From Eremomyces bilateralis CBS 781.70 (taxonomy: Eukaryota), in NCBI GenBank assembly GCA_010015585.1, contig ML975151.1: a stretch of 64,000 nt of DNA; one strand, 5' to 3'. The position numbers were made by a program, and so were the translations under genes. This document shows positions 1-14,866 of this stretch, one piece after another (the first letter of the stretch is position 1; every line of letters starts with the position of its first letter). The notes below the pieces were generated by a model. The model made no database searches, had not been told where the DNA came from, and worked only from the letters and a program-made list of their open reading frames with translations.

Positions 1-857
1 GTCCCAGCCACTCCCGGCCCCCAGGTCAGTCGTCAGTCGGCTGACATTATTTGTGTTAGCGGCTACATCGAGATGTGAAAGACAAAGTTCAGAGACAGAC
101 AGGCAAGTTTGCTGCGATGCAAGCCTCATGCAGTTTCGACGTTTTTCATCACATCGATTCAGCGCCAAAGTTGGGGGAGACTCGACAGGGGTGTGTGGGG
201 CGACACATTTGGTAGCCTTGTGGCCTTGTGGCCGACAACTGCAATGATTTGAGCAGAGGAGCTGGTGTTAGTTTAGATATTATGACATGAGAGGCTCTCG
301 CCGGCGTACATCTGGTGCACCGAATTATAAAAGGAGGAATATTCTGATTAGGACTTGTTGGTAAGACTTGAAGCCAGACTGCAGGGTGGTGATGAAGTTT
401 GTTCACTGACCTGTCCATATTAGTAGATATTGCGTAATTGGAATCTCGAAGATCGCATTAATCGGCTATTACGGCTCAGATAGAGCAGCAGCATAGTAAC
501 TTAAAGGTTGAATGGGGCCAAGGACCTCTTCTTTTATAAAATATATAAAGTTGGAGTTTTGATACGCCTTTGAATCTCCGGATCCTGACAGTTGCGAGAT
601 CCAGTTTGTATGGCATCTTAATCCAGACCAAAATTGATAAAAAAAGATTCAGTCCACACTCGCACCATCCCTATTGTCTTCATATATCTAGCTAGACCAT
701 GTGTCGGATGATGAGGTATGATGCGTGTACCGGAGCGTCGAAAGAACTGAAGGGAATTGTGAGAGAAAGAATCGAAGGATATGTATGGCAAAAACACTAA
801 CATGACGGTGCTTGAAGTGGCGTTGCGAACAGTGTGTCGAACCATGTCCCCTATCCA

Positions 858-1258
858 TTATCCGCCACTTTGAATCCAATCATGGAGTGATTTAATATTC
901 GTCCGGGATAGCAAAAGAGCCGTGTTGCCGGCGCTTTGGAGCTCATCCGTGGTGCGCTTGACCTTGTCGCATGGCTCATCGGGCCGATGGCAGAATCGGT
1001 GATACGCCTTAGGGCAAGCCGCGGCACGCTTGACCTTGCCGTAGGACTCACCAGGACGATAGTAGAATCGGCTCACGTTTCCGGGTCAGGTTCGGCCTTG
1101 GCCTTGGCCTTCGCGACGGCCTCGGCGAGGGCATTGGCGGCGCGCTTGACTTTGCCGCAGGGCTCGCCGGAACGGTGGCAGAAGCGGTCGGCTTCGGCGC
1201 AGCCGTAGGCGGTGCCAACGGCGACCGCAGAGGCCAGGAGAAAAGTGATAAGCTTCAT
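858..1258 (-). pseudogene. Alpha-factor-like (ccg-4/ppg1-type) pheromone precursor, frameshifted after repeat 1; a truncated 61-aa ORF remains at 1073..1258
   Basis: Signal peptide MKLITFLLASAVAVGTAYG. Three repeats RFCHRSGEPCG-KVKR, RFYYRPGESYG-KVKR and RFCHRPDEPCD-KVKR, each ending in a Kex2 KR site, with xA/xP (Ste13-type) dipeptide spacers. Repeats 2-3 lie in another frame after GAA ACG TGA at about 1073-1081. Confidence 0.8.
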
Positions 1259-1383
1259 GATGGTGTTCTTGGGTTCTTGAAAGAGGACCGTCTGGATCTG
1301 ATCGACTGAATGAAGAGTCTTTGGAAGAACGAAGGTGTTTGCGGGCGAAGAAAGAAAAGCAGATTGACGGTGCCGCAAAGGAC

Positions 1384-1581
1384 TTTTATACCTTTTAGGT
1401 CCGAAAAAAAGAAAGAAGAGAAGGATTCCCAGATAAAGGAAAAGATCAAGAATGATCCCCAATAGCCAGACTCGACTCGCTGCTGCTCATTCAATTCAAA
1501 TTCTCAACAAGATATCCGCAATAAAGCACAATAGCAGCAATAAAGTCTCATGCCCAAATCTTATTGAGGTTCTCCCAATAG
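1384..1581 (-). promoter_or_regulatory. Pheromone gene promoter: TATA box plus six YTATTG motifs (candidate MAT1-1-1 sites)
   Basis: TATAAAA on minus at 1384-1390. CAATAR/YTATTG at 1460, 1519, 1529, 1538, 1561 and 1576. Confidence 0.55.
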
Positions 1582-2648
1582 CGTTGCTCTCACCCAATGG
1601 GATAGAGGTGACAGGAATACTTCGTGAACTATGTACGGATCCGTTTTGCGAGTGAAGAAAGGAAGGGGTAAGTATTTCTTCTTCTTGGCCACCTTGGATG
1701 AAGGCTCAGACGGCAGAGTCAAAGGATAGCGCAACAGACCACTATAAGCGAGACCAGGGGACTTTTGGATGGCAGAAAGAGATCCGAACCGAGTTACTAG
1801 CAAAACAGGTCCCACAGCTAGATCTAACTGAAAGAAGGGCCAAATCTCGATTGTTCCAAATCTCAACTAGCGGAACACTTTTTTTCTCCCTTACTACGGC
1901 TGTGGACCAATTATGGGGGTAAGTGGTGGCATTTCGCTATTGATATCCGGATATGGATGTGAGGGGCCGATAGGGTTCAACGGAAATCTGAAGCAGTTTG
2001 CGGGACAAGAATCTAGATACATTGGAGTCATTTTCCATCCAAAGCAGCATGATCTGGTCAGTATTTCGGCTGTTGCCGCATACTCGGGCCATATTGCTCC
2101 TGAATGGATCCGTGTTGGGATTGGGCGTGACCGCGCGCAGTCAGTGGGATACCAGGGAATTGACCAGCAGATCAAAGCACAGGGATGACATAAATAGAAG
2201 CCATGATGAGTAAAAGGACATCCCCTTTAAATTTAATGACAAGAGCGAGGTTGATAGCCGCTATCCTGAATCACCATAGGTAGCTTTGACTGGTTCTTCT
2301 GAAGTATGAAACGTCCATGTATGCGTAGTTATACATGAGCAAAGTACGATTATCCTAGTCATTAACTTGGGGTTGGAAATATGAGTACAATTCACGACCA
2401 TGGGGAGTTACCAATATCGAAATGTGAATGATATATCTGCCGTTTTGAGGACGAGGTTGACACCTGATTCTGACGCGTTTGTTGTCGTGTTGTGGAGAGT
2501 TGAGCCTTGAGCCCTTGAGAGATAAAATTGAAGCTTGGACCATCGCGATGCTTGGCATATCCATATGTCTATCGCCAACATTCCGTATCTTCGAGGCCAA
2601 AATCACTCCGGGCGCCGTCAGGACGAACTCCGCATATGAATTACAGAA

Positions 2649-4734
2649 ATGCGCCCATTGCCTCCGCTTCTTTATCGGAGCTCCCTGAAACGGTGGTCTC
2701 GAATTTCTAAGAGCGGCTGGGTCTGCGCCAATTGCAGGAGCTATGCCTCACAAACGCCGCACCTCCGCCGTGATGGAGATGCTCCGCAGAAGCCATTTTA
2801 TGTGACCACGCCGATTTTTTATGTCAACGCCGGTGAGTACAGCCCGAGCATGTTTTCTCATGATAGTTTCACTCACGGATCGTAGCTCCCCATGTCGGCC
2901 ACCTCTATTCCATGGTGCTCGCCGATGTCCTGAAAAGATGGCAGCAACTGAAGGGAAACCGAGCTGTTTTGTGCACAGGAACGGACGAGCATGGCATGAA
3001 GGTTGGATTGTACCGCAATTATTGAGGGATTAGCTACCAACCGGCCTTTAGATACAAAGAGCTGCCAGACTGGCCAACATGGACCCGCAATCGTTTTGTG
3101 ACCAGGCAGCAGACGTCTTCAAGGTACGAGTGAGGTCTCGCGATGCATATCTCCAGCTAACGGACATATCATAGCGCCTAGCAGCCTCCGCAGACATCAC
3201 AAACGACCATTTTGTACGGACGACAGACGCCGATCATAAGGAAACAGTGCGATACGTTTGGGTGGGCATCCGAAAACGACCGGTCTCCTGTTGACGAGGG
3301 ACTTACAATTCGACAGCATGTCCTACAAGACCGCGGCTTGATCTACCGAGCGAAGCATGAAGGATGGTACTCCGTCAGCGATGAGACTTTCTACCCGGAG
3401 TCCCAAGTTCATTTGGTCCTAGAGCCGCAAACAGGGCGCAAAATCATGGCGTCTATTGAAACCGGAAAAGAGGTCGAGTGGACATCGGAGATGAACTATC
3501 ACTTTCGGCTTTCGCGATTTCGGGATCGGCTGCTGCAATATTACGACGAACACCCTGACTTTATTGTTCCCAACACCCGCATGACAGAGCTATACAAAGA
3601 GATCCAAAGCGGGTTGTCGGATTTATCAATTTCTCGGCCCAGAAGCCGCCTGGACTGGGGCATCCGAGTCCCGGATGATCAGGAACAGACAATATATGTA
3701 TGGCTGGATGCCTTGGTGAACTATATAACCAAAGCCGGTTATCCCTGGGCACCAGGCTATGAGGTTACTGGAGGCTGGCCGGTAGACTGCCATATCATCG
3801 GCAAGGACATCACCAGGTGAGTTGCGCACTGCCCTGCGTCGTCTATGGGTCGTCTAATGCATTTAGATTCCACTGCATATACTGGCCCGCCTTCCTCATG
3901 GCCTTGGGCATTGAGCTGCCGAGTCAGATATTGACCCATGGCCACTGGACGTTAGGCCGGAAGAAGATGTCCAAATCGGAGGGCAACGGCGTCAACCCCT
4001 TCTTCCAAATCGACCGATTCGGTGTCGACGTCGTCCGATTCTTTCTGATGCACGATGGCGGGATCGACTTCGATCCCGAATATAATAACTTCATCATCAT
4101 CGAACGATATAACGACGCGTTGAAAAGCGTGATCGGCAATCAAGTCAGCCGCGTCCTTCGCGGAAAGTCCTGGGATACTCGTTACGCCGTTACGGAGATG
4201 GATAGGCTTTGCCAACAAACTCTGACTCCGGCCGACCGGGAACAGCTGCATTTGCTGCAGACGTTCCCGACGAAGTTTCAAGCCAGTATGGACAATCTAA
4301 ATGTCCGCGAGGGCGTCACGTCCGTCGTTCAAATGCTGCGTCAGGTAGGTTGACTGAAATCTCATACACTGCAACCGTTGACAGTTCGACAGACCCAGAA
4401 ATACTTTCAAGTTTGCGAGCCATGGTCGTATTTCAGTGCGGAAGCACGAAAGCGTCGACAAGACTCCCCGATATCCCCCGAAGACAACGACAAGGTGCAC
4501 TTGGCCATCGCACTGACGTTAGAGTCATTCCGGCTCGCTGCCATCACGCTGCAACCGGTTATGCCAGAGAGGGCCGGCACGCTACTAGACTGGCTGAATG
4601 TCAGCCTAGAGAGACGATCATTCGCGTTCGCAACACTGGGTGCAGACAAAGAATACGGTGATCGTAGTCATTTGGTCAAAGTCAGTCCAGACCAGAAGCT
4701 GATATTGTTCCCAACCCTCATTACTGAGGAGTAA
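2649..4734 (+). CDS. MSM1: Mitochondrial methionyl-tRNA synthetase (about 7 exons)
   Basis: R/S-rich N-terminal targeting peptide; [16 protein letters not shown] (HIGH-like), [26 protein letters not shown] motifs, joined across GT-AG introns (e.g. 2833-2885, 3818-3867). Confidence 0.93.
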
Positions 4735-4841
4735 AAGCGGCTCTGTGGACTGTGGAGGCTTGAGCCCCTGGATTATTCAGACTAATCTCCGAAAGAATTG
4801 TGTGATTACATAATGTATCAACAACCATGTAACAACAGTAC

Positions 4842-7800
4842 CTATAGCTGTTCAACACCGGATAATACCCTGTTGAGACAGTTGATGTCGTTATCCGCCC
4901 CTCGCAGATCGTCGAGAGTTTTGAAACTGGACACGTTAGTGTGTGGCTATCATGCACGTGGTCGACGCCTTACATTCTTTGCAACCGTCGTTGCTCAGTA
5001 CTCTCTTCCAGCTCCTTGGACTTCACCGCAGCCATATCAACAACCGACCTCGGAACATTGGCAAGTCGCGCGACATTCAAGCTAGAGGCGTCAGTGCAGA
5101 TCCCGGTGTACCGGATGGAAGAACCTACCCATATGATCGATGCGCCATTCCTTCGCCCACCTCATACAAGAACGTGACCACTTCCTCCCCATCGTCTCGC
5201 GTATTTTCCTTGAACTTCATATGCACATTCTGGAGCCGACCGTCGAGCTCACCCGCAAGTAGGCCGAGAAGTTGGTAATGCGTAACGAACAACAGCATGC
5301 ACCCGATGTCTTCAACGATGTGTCGGCACACCGCCTCGGCGATGGCGCAGCCATCATGCGTGCTCGTACCTCTACCCAGCTCGTCCAGTAATACGAGGCT
5401 GCGCGGCGTCGCTTGGCGCAAGATCTCGGCCGTTTCGCCGAGCTCGACCATAAACGTACTCTCGCCTTTCATCATGTTGTCGTTGGCACCCATTCGGGTG
5501 AAGACCGCATCCAGGAGTGTGAGTTCTGCGGATTCGGCCGGGATATAGGATCCGATCTGCGCGAGGATGCTGATGAGGGCGGTTTGTCGAACGTAGGATG
5601 ACTTTCCTCCCATGTTTGGGCCGGTGATGAGCAGAGCGCTGGGTGTGACAATTTCGTTCTCCTCGGATCCATTCTCGTCGATTGCATTGGCGTTGGACCC
5701 GCTTCGTAGCTTGATGTCGTTGGGCACATATGCATCTAGAAGGAGCTGTTCCACCATCGGGTGTCTGCCTCCAGCTATGCGAATTTCCGGCTCTTCGATG
5801 AAGGTTGGCTTGCTGTAGCCTGGCTGATTGGCAATCTCTGCTAGCGAGAGCAGGCAATCCAGTGTTGCAAGAGCATGGATCGTATCTCGAAGTTCTTGAT
5901 ATTCAGCGCCAATCGCCTCCAACAGCTCCTTGAACGCATCATCACAGGCAGCCGCGAGAGACTCTTTGTGCTGATCTCGCTTTCGCAAAAACTTGACCAC
6001 TTCTGGCGTGTGGAACCTCGAGATCCTCTTGGTCCCACTGATCTTAATCCAGGATGCAGGGACCTTCTTCACCTCATTGTTTTCAACTTCAATGAGGTAC
6101 TCGATCCCCGAACTGGTCATATAATTGACTTTGCTCTTTTTGATTGTTGCTGCTGCATCGGCACGATGGGCGTCGAGCTTCTCCTCGTACTCCTTGATAC
6201 CATTTTTATGCTCCTTTATCGCCTCCGTTTCGTACTCCTCACGAAAGAAAGTATATTTTTCGTCATCTCGGGCTGATTTCGCGTTGACCTGCTCTAGAAA
6301 GCGAACGATGCAGTCGTTGATTCTCGGCAGAGTCGAAACCAACTCGTTGAGGATGGTTGAGGAGAAACCGGCACTGGACGGTTCGGTGACATCTGCGTAC
6401 TCGTTCGAAACTCGCTGCAACGTCTGCAGCATTCCAAGAAGCTCCGGTCTGCTAGACTTTTTGTAATACACCCGGACCAGGATCTTTTCGAGATCGCTCT
6501 TGACCGATTTCACCAACTGGCGGACCTTCTCTACAGCAGCAGATAGCTGTCCATCCTTCAGTTCTTCCACTGCCTGGACTCGCTCCTCCAGCTCCTTGCG
6601 GTCCAGTAATGGACGTCCTACCCATTTCTTGAGGAGTCTATGTCCAAATCGTGTTTTCGTCCGATCCACGGTCCAGAACAAGCTTCCTTTCTCGGAATAG
6701 TCGGTTTGATTCTGGAAGATCTCCAGACTTGTAAGTGTGTTTCCGTTGAGGAGCATGTGAGTCCGCGAACTGAACGGTTGGAAATATTTGGTGAGGTCAA
6801 AAACGTGTTCCAGCCCGTATTCACTCAAGTGGTTGATCAGAGCGGAGAGAGAGATCGTAACATGCTCGGAAAGCTGATGGACCTTGTCGAGAACTTGGGA
6901 AGACTCCTCCGCGTTGGACTCCGATTGACTGGCCTTGAATTTCTCCGCATAGAAGTTGGAGATGTGGTTGTAAGATTCCGCTGCAGCCGTCTTGGACTTT
7001 TCGATGCGCTCGATTCGGGCTTGGTCCCCGAAGACGTTGCTCTTGCTCCCAGTCAAATGTTTGATCATTTTTTCCGTGGCATTGGAGAGATCGCCAACAA
7101 TGAGGAACTCGCTTGGAGCAATATGCAGTAACCGAGTCTCAATTTCCGCTCGCATGAATCCGTCTTCGAAATCGTCGTAGATGATATCTCCGGTGGCCGG
7201 CTGGACCGCCACGATGCCCACCTGGACCTTTTCATCGGTTCCCCAGCCTTTGGCATTCGTTTCGGTTAGGCACAGTATATACCCAGATGACGGAGTTCCG
7301 GAACCAGCAACGGGCATTGGTCCGGAAATGCCCTCCATGTCGTCCACATAGGTTGCTTTCGTATACAGGTTGGTAAGTTTTCGAACGAAAGGAGCATTCC
7401 GATTGTCACCAGCCGCTTTCAAGGCGGCTGTCTCAATCTGGCGAACCACGCCTACTTTGTGTCCTGCTGCTACCAATCGCTTCACGTGGACGTGGAGACG
7501 GTGGACCGGGATACTCGCAGAGGCAAATCGATCCAGATGGGCTTCCGAGAAATGTTCATCGTATCTGAACTTCCCAGGGATGCAGACAATTCCAAGTTCC
7601 TTTGCTGCAATCCGTGCATCTTCTCCAAAGAACCGAAATTTGTAGCCGACCTCGACCACAAGCACTGTGTCTGGGTGCTTATGCTTAATGTCCAGAACCT
7701 GTACCTCCATGGGCGTAAGCTTGGTCGCCTTCTTTTTACCACCGGCCGCCTTTTTCCCTTTCTGGCCGGATTTCGGAGCCGGGTCGGGCGCGTCTTCATT

Positions 7801-8445
7801 CTCGCTTTGCTCCGCGCCGTCCAGGTCTGCTGTTTCTTCTGATATGAGGCGATTTCGTCGCTTTAATTCAGCGATGCTGTCCGGTTTCCCCAACCTCTTG
7901 ACAAATTTTTGATGGAGGCGCTCTTTCTGGGAGCGGACGTCGTCCGATTCTGGGTCTTGGATGTCGATGTCCGCAGGCGAGCTTGAGAAGACATATCTAG
8001 ACGTCCGGCCAGACGGGCCACCATGGCCCCGACCATTTGATAGAACGTGTTTGCTCTTGGATGGGGACAAGACCAGACTCTCTCCGTTCAATGATGGCTG
8101 GACCGCATGTTGTTTTTTCGAGTGGGTGCTCGGTTCGCTGGTTCGAGATCGCTTTGGATTGGGGCCCGCGTTTTCCACATCACTATCATCATCGATGACA
8201 GCTCGGCTCCTTCTTGATCCTTTGGATATTCGTTGGTTTGATTCATTGTCGGATGATTCTTCCGCAGTACCATTCAATTGAGGGGTATCTTCATTTGGGA
8301 TCGGAGAGGACGCGAGTGCAGGCTTCGAAGGCACAGCAGCAGGTCTGGGAGTGGACTTCGGAGTGAAGAAGCTGGAGATAGACTGTTGCTTCTTGCTCTG
8401 GGATGCTTGGGGCTGTGAAGAACCTCCTTGTTTATTCGGTGCCAT
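4842..8445 (-). CDS. MSH3: DNA mismatch repair protein MSH3 (MutS family)
   Basis: PIP-like [22 protein letters not shown]; Walker [21 protein letters not shown]. Two 3' introns after HRSYG give ...GLNVARLA...VLSGVEQL*. Confidence 0.95.
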
Positions 8446-8565
8446 GTTAGCATTACTGAACGACACAAGGAGTTGTTAGGACTTTCTGCATTCCATCAGC
8501 ATTTGGTATTGAATAATTGATTGAAGGACGACATTCAAGGGTGACAATCGTGACATTCAGGGATG

Positions 8566-8590
8566 ACGCGTGGGTTGGCTCGAAGACGCG
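8566..8590. promoter_or_regulatory. MCB-like boxes upstream of MSH3
   Basis: ACGCGT at 8566-8571 and ACGCG at 8586-8590, about 120-145 bp upstream of the ATG. Confidence 0.4.
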
Positions 8591-8785
8591 CTGCACATGG
8601 ACCATCCTGGTTCCGTCTCCACCTGCAATTGTCATCAAAATCTCCCAACTCCTCCTCAATCACCAACACTGACATCCCTACAGAATATTGCAGCATGATA
8701 ATATATGCATTCTACCACCGTATATTTGTTCCTTTATATATCCGAGTCTTTATATATGCCCTGCAGTAGCCCAACTGCCCTTACA

Positions 8786-9430
8786 TCACATAAAGTTCGG
8801 AAAGAAGTCATCGAACGAGAGTTCCCATCTGGTCGGGGATTGATAGACTTGCCTCCCCCGGAAGTTCATCAACGACCGTCCTGGCCATTCATATGGATGC
8901 GTGATGATTGGATCCAGGAAATCGTTATCTAAACTATGCACAATCGCATACCCTTGCAGCTCGAATCGCAGCTCGGAGACCAGATCCATCACATCGAGCA
9001 TGACCGAGCCGAACCCGAACAACTTGTTCCCGAGAATCCGGACTCGTTCGGCCACGAAGATTGGCTCCTGGAATTCGTGCCCGATGAAGAATTGGTTCAA
9101 TTCGTTGACGTCGTGTTGCACCGCGATTCGAAGCACCTGCAAGCCTTTAGGACTGTGCGCTTGGGAACACGGAAAACCAAACACTAACCGGTGGGAGAGC
9201 GTGGATTTCTGCGACAATGACTTCCCATAGTGGCTGAAACTGGAGCCCTATGGGTTGTAGCATTCGGTTCGGAAACTTATTGCGGGGAAATCGCCCGACC
9301 GCAAGGTGCCATTGACCTTGAGAACAGCGCTCGAGCATTCTGATAGTCTTATTTTTGGTCAAGGGCCAATGGCCATATATAAGCCCGGATGAACGGTATA
9401 TATGACTTCTAACCGTGAGCAAGCGGTAAA
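8786..9430 (-). pseudogene. Hypothetical or decaying gene of unknown family
   Basis: Intron GTTAGT...GCAG (about 9137-9188) joins ...EIHALPP in frame to VLRIAVQHDV...FFPNFM*. The upstream frame contains stops and has no clear start. Confidence 0.3.
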
Positions 9431-10120
9431 CATGGGGATATCGGGTTTATATCCATCCACCAAGGTAGGTATTTATCATGGCACTAGGCATGGATTCATT
9501 TTACTATCCAAGCAAACAACGCATCATGGGAACGTTTCCCTTGAAGACACCGGACTCTCTTTATTGAACTTGGACATGGTGGCCTTTTCGAGTCCGGTCA
9601 AACAACCTCTGTGTATCCATGGAAACAGGCGCAGGTAGGGAGCTGGCAAATAAGTTGTCGAACGAGACACTGTATGTATGACCTGCGGGTTTAATGCCCG
9701 CTTGCGGCTGATCATCAGGAATCGCCCTTCTAACCCTCTCCACTAGGTGGATTCGAGAGAAGACGAAAGCGAATTTACTTTGATGAATTTTAGCGTAAGT
9801 AGTACCTGAAGGGGGTGGTGACGTCTGGACGTTCACTTTCATTGGCTGATGCCACACTCAGGGTCTGTAACTGAGAAAGTTCTTGGGATATCAGTAGTTC
9901 ATCGCGCATGTATTTCCTTTATTTTATGAGGTATCCATGGTGTCCGTTTTTATCATCGGAGTATTGGGCTCGTAGATGAGGTATAAACGCAACTCGGTGG
10001 TATCCTTAATCCTCGTAGGGCACTGATTTCGCCTACTGCAATCAAGGGTATGAAAGATATAAAATCGAACGTCCACATACTAGGAAGTTCTTACGGCTAC
10101 CCTCGACGAACTGTTCCATT

Positions 10121-10989
10121 ATGCGCTTAAACGAAAACATAGGTATGCTTTGGACGGGTTTATCCATGGCCTGACAATTTAACGGTAGCAGCTATCCTCT
10201 CCGAGGGCCTTGTCCTTGTCCCGTATGAACGCAGCCATGTTCCCAAATACCACGAATGGATGCAAGATGAAGTGAGCCAATGCCCGTTAAACCGATTTCT
10301 ATAGAAGTACGTATGTGCTGATCGAGGTACAGGAGCTCCAGCAATTAACGGCCTCGGAGCCACTTACGTTGGAAGAAGAGTACAACATGCAGCGGAGCTG
10401 GAGGCTGGATAAGGACAAACTGACGTTCATCGTCTGTCTTGCGCCGGACCTTGGCATGAAAGAAATGAAGAATACCCCGGTGACCGAGTGGAGCATGCCT
10501 CCAACAATGATTGGCGATATCAACATGTTCATCTCATACGACGAAGAGGGCGACGATGTGGATACGGCCTCAGAATCTGCTCTATTGGTCGGAGAGATCG
10601 AGCTAATGATCGCGGAGAAGGCATTTCGAGGCAGAGGATATGGGAAGAGGGCCCTGGAGACATTCATACGGTATTTCATGGACACGGTTCACGAAATCGA
10701 AATGGAATTTAGGAGCACGGAAACGGATACAAAGTCTACGGAAAAGGTGACACGATTCCAATGTCTGCGAGTCAAAATCCACAAGGACAATGCACAAAGC
10801 ATACGGCTGTTCCAGAGGATTGGGTTCCGACCATGGTCCGACAAACCGAATTACTTCGGTGAAATTGAACTGCGGATGGAGTGCTCGGGACTGCGGGTGC
10901 GCATGCAGGCGACCGAACTGGATGGACCGATGGCTCAACGATTAACGCCCGAGAGATATCCCATATACCTAAAGTATGCTAACGCTTGA
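10121..10989 (+). CDS. NAT9-like GNAT N-acetyltransferase
   Basis: MRLNENI|A..LVPYERSHVPKYHEWMQDE|ELQQLTASEPLTLEEEYNMQRSW..DKLTFIV..MIGDINMF..GEIELMIAE..RGRGYG; two 5' introns. Confidence 0.88.
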
Positions 10990-11086
10990 ATGCCATGGTC
11001 GTGGGTATAGTACAGGCGGGGTTTCGTTTATTAGAGCGATATTGCTAGAGTGCCCGCAAGGTCTGAAGGGAATGCACCATGTGCGT

Positions 11087-12428
11087 TTACAGCTTCTGAT
11101 ACTCCAGCTTGCCCTCCAGTTTCTTTGATTCTGCCATCTTTCGTACGGCCTTGTTGAAATCATCTTGGTTGATGGCGTCTCGGTAGTCCTTGATAGCGAA
11201 CAAGCCCCTACACAAAGTAAGCATAAAATCATAAGATCAGCGAGTGGTTCACATACGCTTCGGTGACCACGTTCCGAAGATCAGCACCGTTGAAGCCATC
11301 GCTCATCTTGACGACGCTTTCAAAGTCGATCTCGCCTTCTGACTGGACGCCACTGGCATGAATCTTCAGAATCTCCAGTCGTCCAACCTCGTTTGGCAGC
11401 GGAATCTCGATTTTTCGATCCAAACGACCGGCACGTAATAAGGCCGGGTCAAGAGTATCCGGACGATTGGTCGCCATGATGATCTTGGTCTTGCCCAGGT
11501 AATCGAAGCCGTCGAGCTGGTTGAGAAGCTCCATCAACGTCCGTTGAATTTCACGATCGGCGGACGTCCCCTCGGAGAAACGCCGGCCTCCGATGGCATC
11601 GATTTCGTCCATGAAGATGATGCAAGGTTCGTGTTCTTTCGCGTATCCGAACATCTCTCGGATCAACCGTGCCGATTCACCGATGTATTTGTCGACGATG
11701 GCGGACGAGACGACTATCAATCGGTCAGCGAATGTACACCCAAGGCTTTAATGGCGAACTGTACCTTTCAGGAAATTCGTTTCCAGACCACTAGCGACCG
11801 CACGCGCCAGAAGAGTTTTGCCGGTCCCAGGGGGTCCATAAAGTAGAACGCCTTTGGGCGGTTTGATGCCAACCCTTAGGAAGAGTTCGGGGTTCTTCAG
11901 TGGGAGTTCGATCACTTCCCGGAGCTCGCGGATCTGCTCATTCAACCCTCCAATGCCACCGAAGCTGACCTGTCCCGGATCCTCCAGCGACATGTTGTAG
12001 ACTAAGGGGTCGACTTCTCGAGGTAACATTCGCATTATTGTGAGGGTCGTCATATCCAACGCGACTCGTGTGCCTTGTTTGAGCTTCGCCTTGTCGACCT
12101 TCGATCTGCAACCGACAACATATCTGGGGCCGGATGAAGCCTTGACGATGACTATCATAGGAGAAGATTAGCGCTTGATACACGGGTTACTTTGTGGGCA
12201 AGGGAACCTACATCGCTCATCATCGAGCTGCTTCAGAACCTCGCCGATGATTTGTCCGACGCTCTGCAGGGCCTTGATGTTCTCCTCTGATAGATCGAAG
12301 CTTGATTGAAGGTCCCTGATCTCTAACCGCAAGGCTTTGAGCTTCGCCTCCCATTCTCTTGATTCCAGCAGTTTCGTCTTGTATTCCTCCAAGGCATGCT
12401 CTCGTTCAGGATCGGCGGAACTGCTCAT
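11087..12428 (-). CDS. RPT4: 26S proteasome regulatory AAA-ATPase subunit RPT4
   Basis: [45 protein letters not shown]; ends [11 protein letters not shown]; 3 introns. Confidence 0.96.
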
Positions 12429-13023
12429 GGTGACGGATGAAGCGTGGCAAAGTTGACGGAGGTAAGGCAACGGAGAAAGAAGGCAATCAAAGTGGAAGGC
12501 TGAATTCTTTAAAAGTATTAGATGCGCCAATAGCCGGAGGGCTTCTGTAACGGCGCGATATTGAACTGATGATTAGTCTGGAGACAGCTACGGAGTACAA
12601 CACTTTATGATGACCAGAACACTCGTCGACGCTGTAGGCAGCTTGGTGATTACGTTGGTGGTCTGCTTCGACCGCCGTAGCGTTGACAAGGATTGTCAGC
12701 ACGTGACTGCTTGGCAATAATGGATCCGACGATGCCATTGGTTGAAGAGACTATGAACTATGATTGGCTGTGAATCAACTCATTCTTGCCTCAGGCACGT
12801 AGGCAGGAACATCCCACCACCCCACCATCACCGCAGCTACACAAACAGTCAAGTGAAGCAAATGCGTCTCAACGGGTGATAACCTCGATATTGCTTCTTC
12901 TCTGGTTTCTTCTTTCATTAAACAAAAACTGCTGTCTCTCCAATCACTTGGCCTACTCCCATTTCCACCCATTCCACAGTCTTCATCCAATTCAACCGAA
13001 TACAGTTCCAGTCAAGCTTTCCT

Positions 13024-14866
<1,843 letters not shown>

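Noticed and set aside
1008..1076. Intron (GTGAGC donor) rescuing the pheromone frameshift
   Set aside because: The nearby AG acceptors I checked do not restore the repeat-3 frame, and the interval is itself a recognisable peptide repeat.
2203..2269. Box C/D snoRNA (ATGATGA...CTGA)
   Set aside because: No terminal stem and no recognisable rRNA/snRNA guide sequence.
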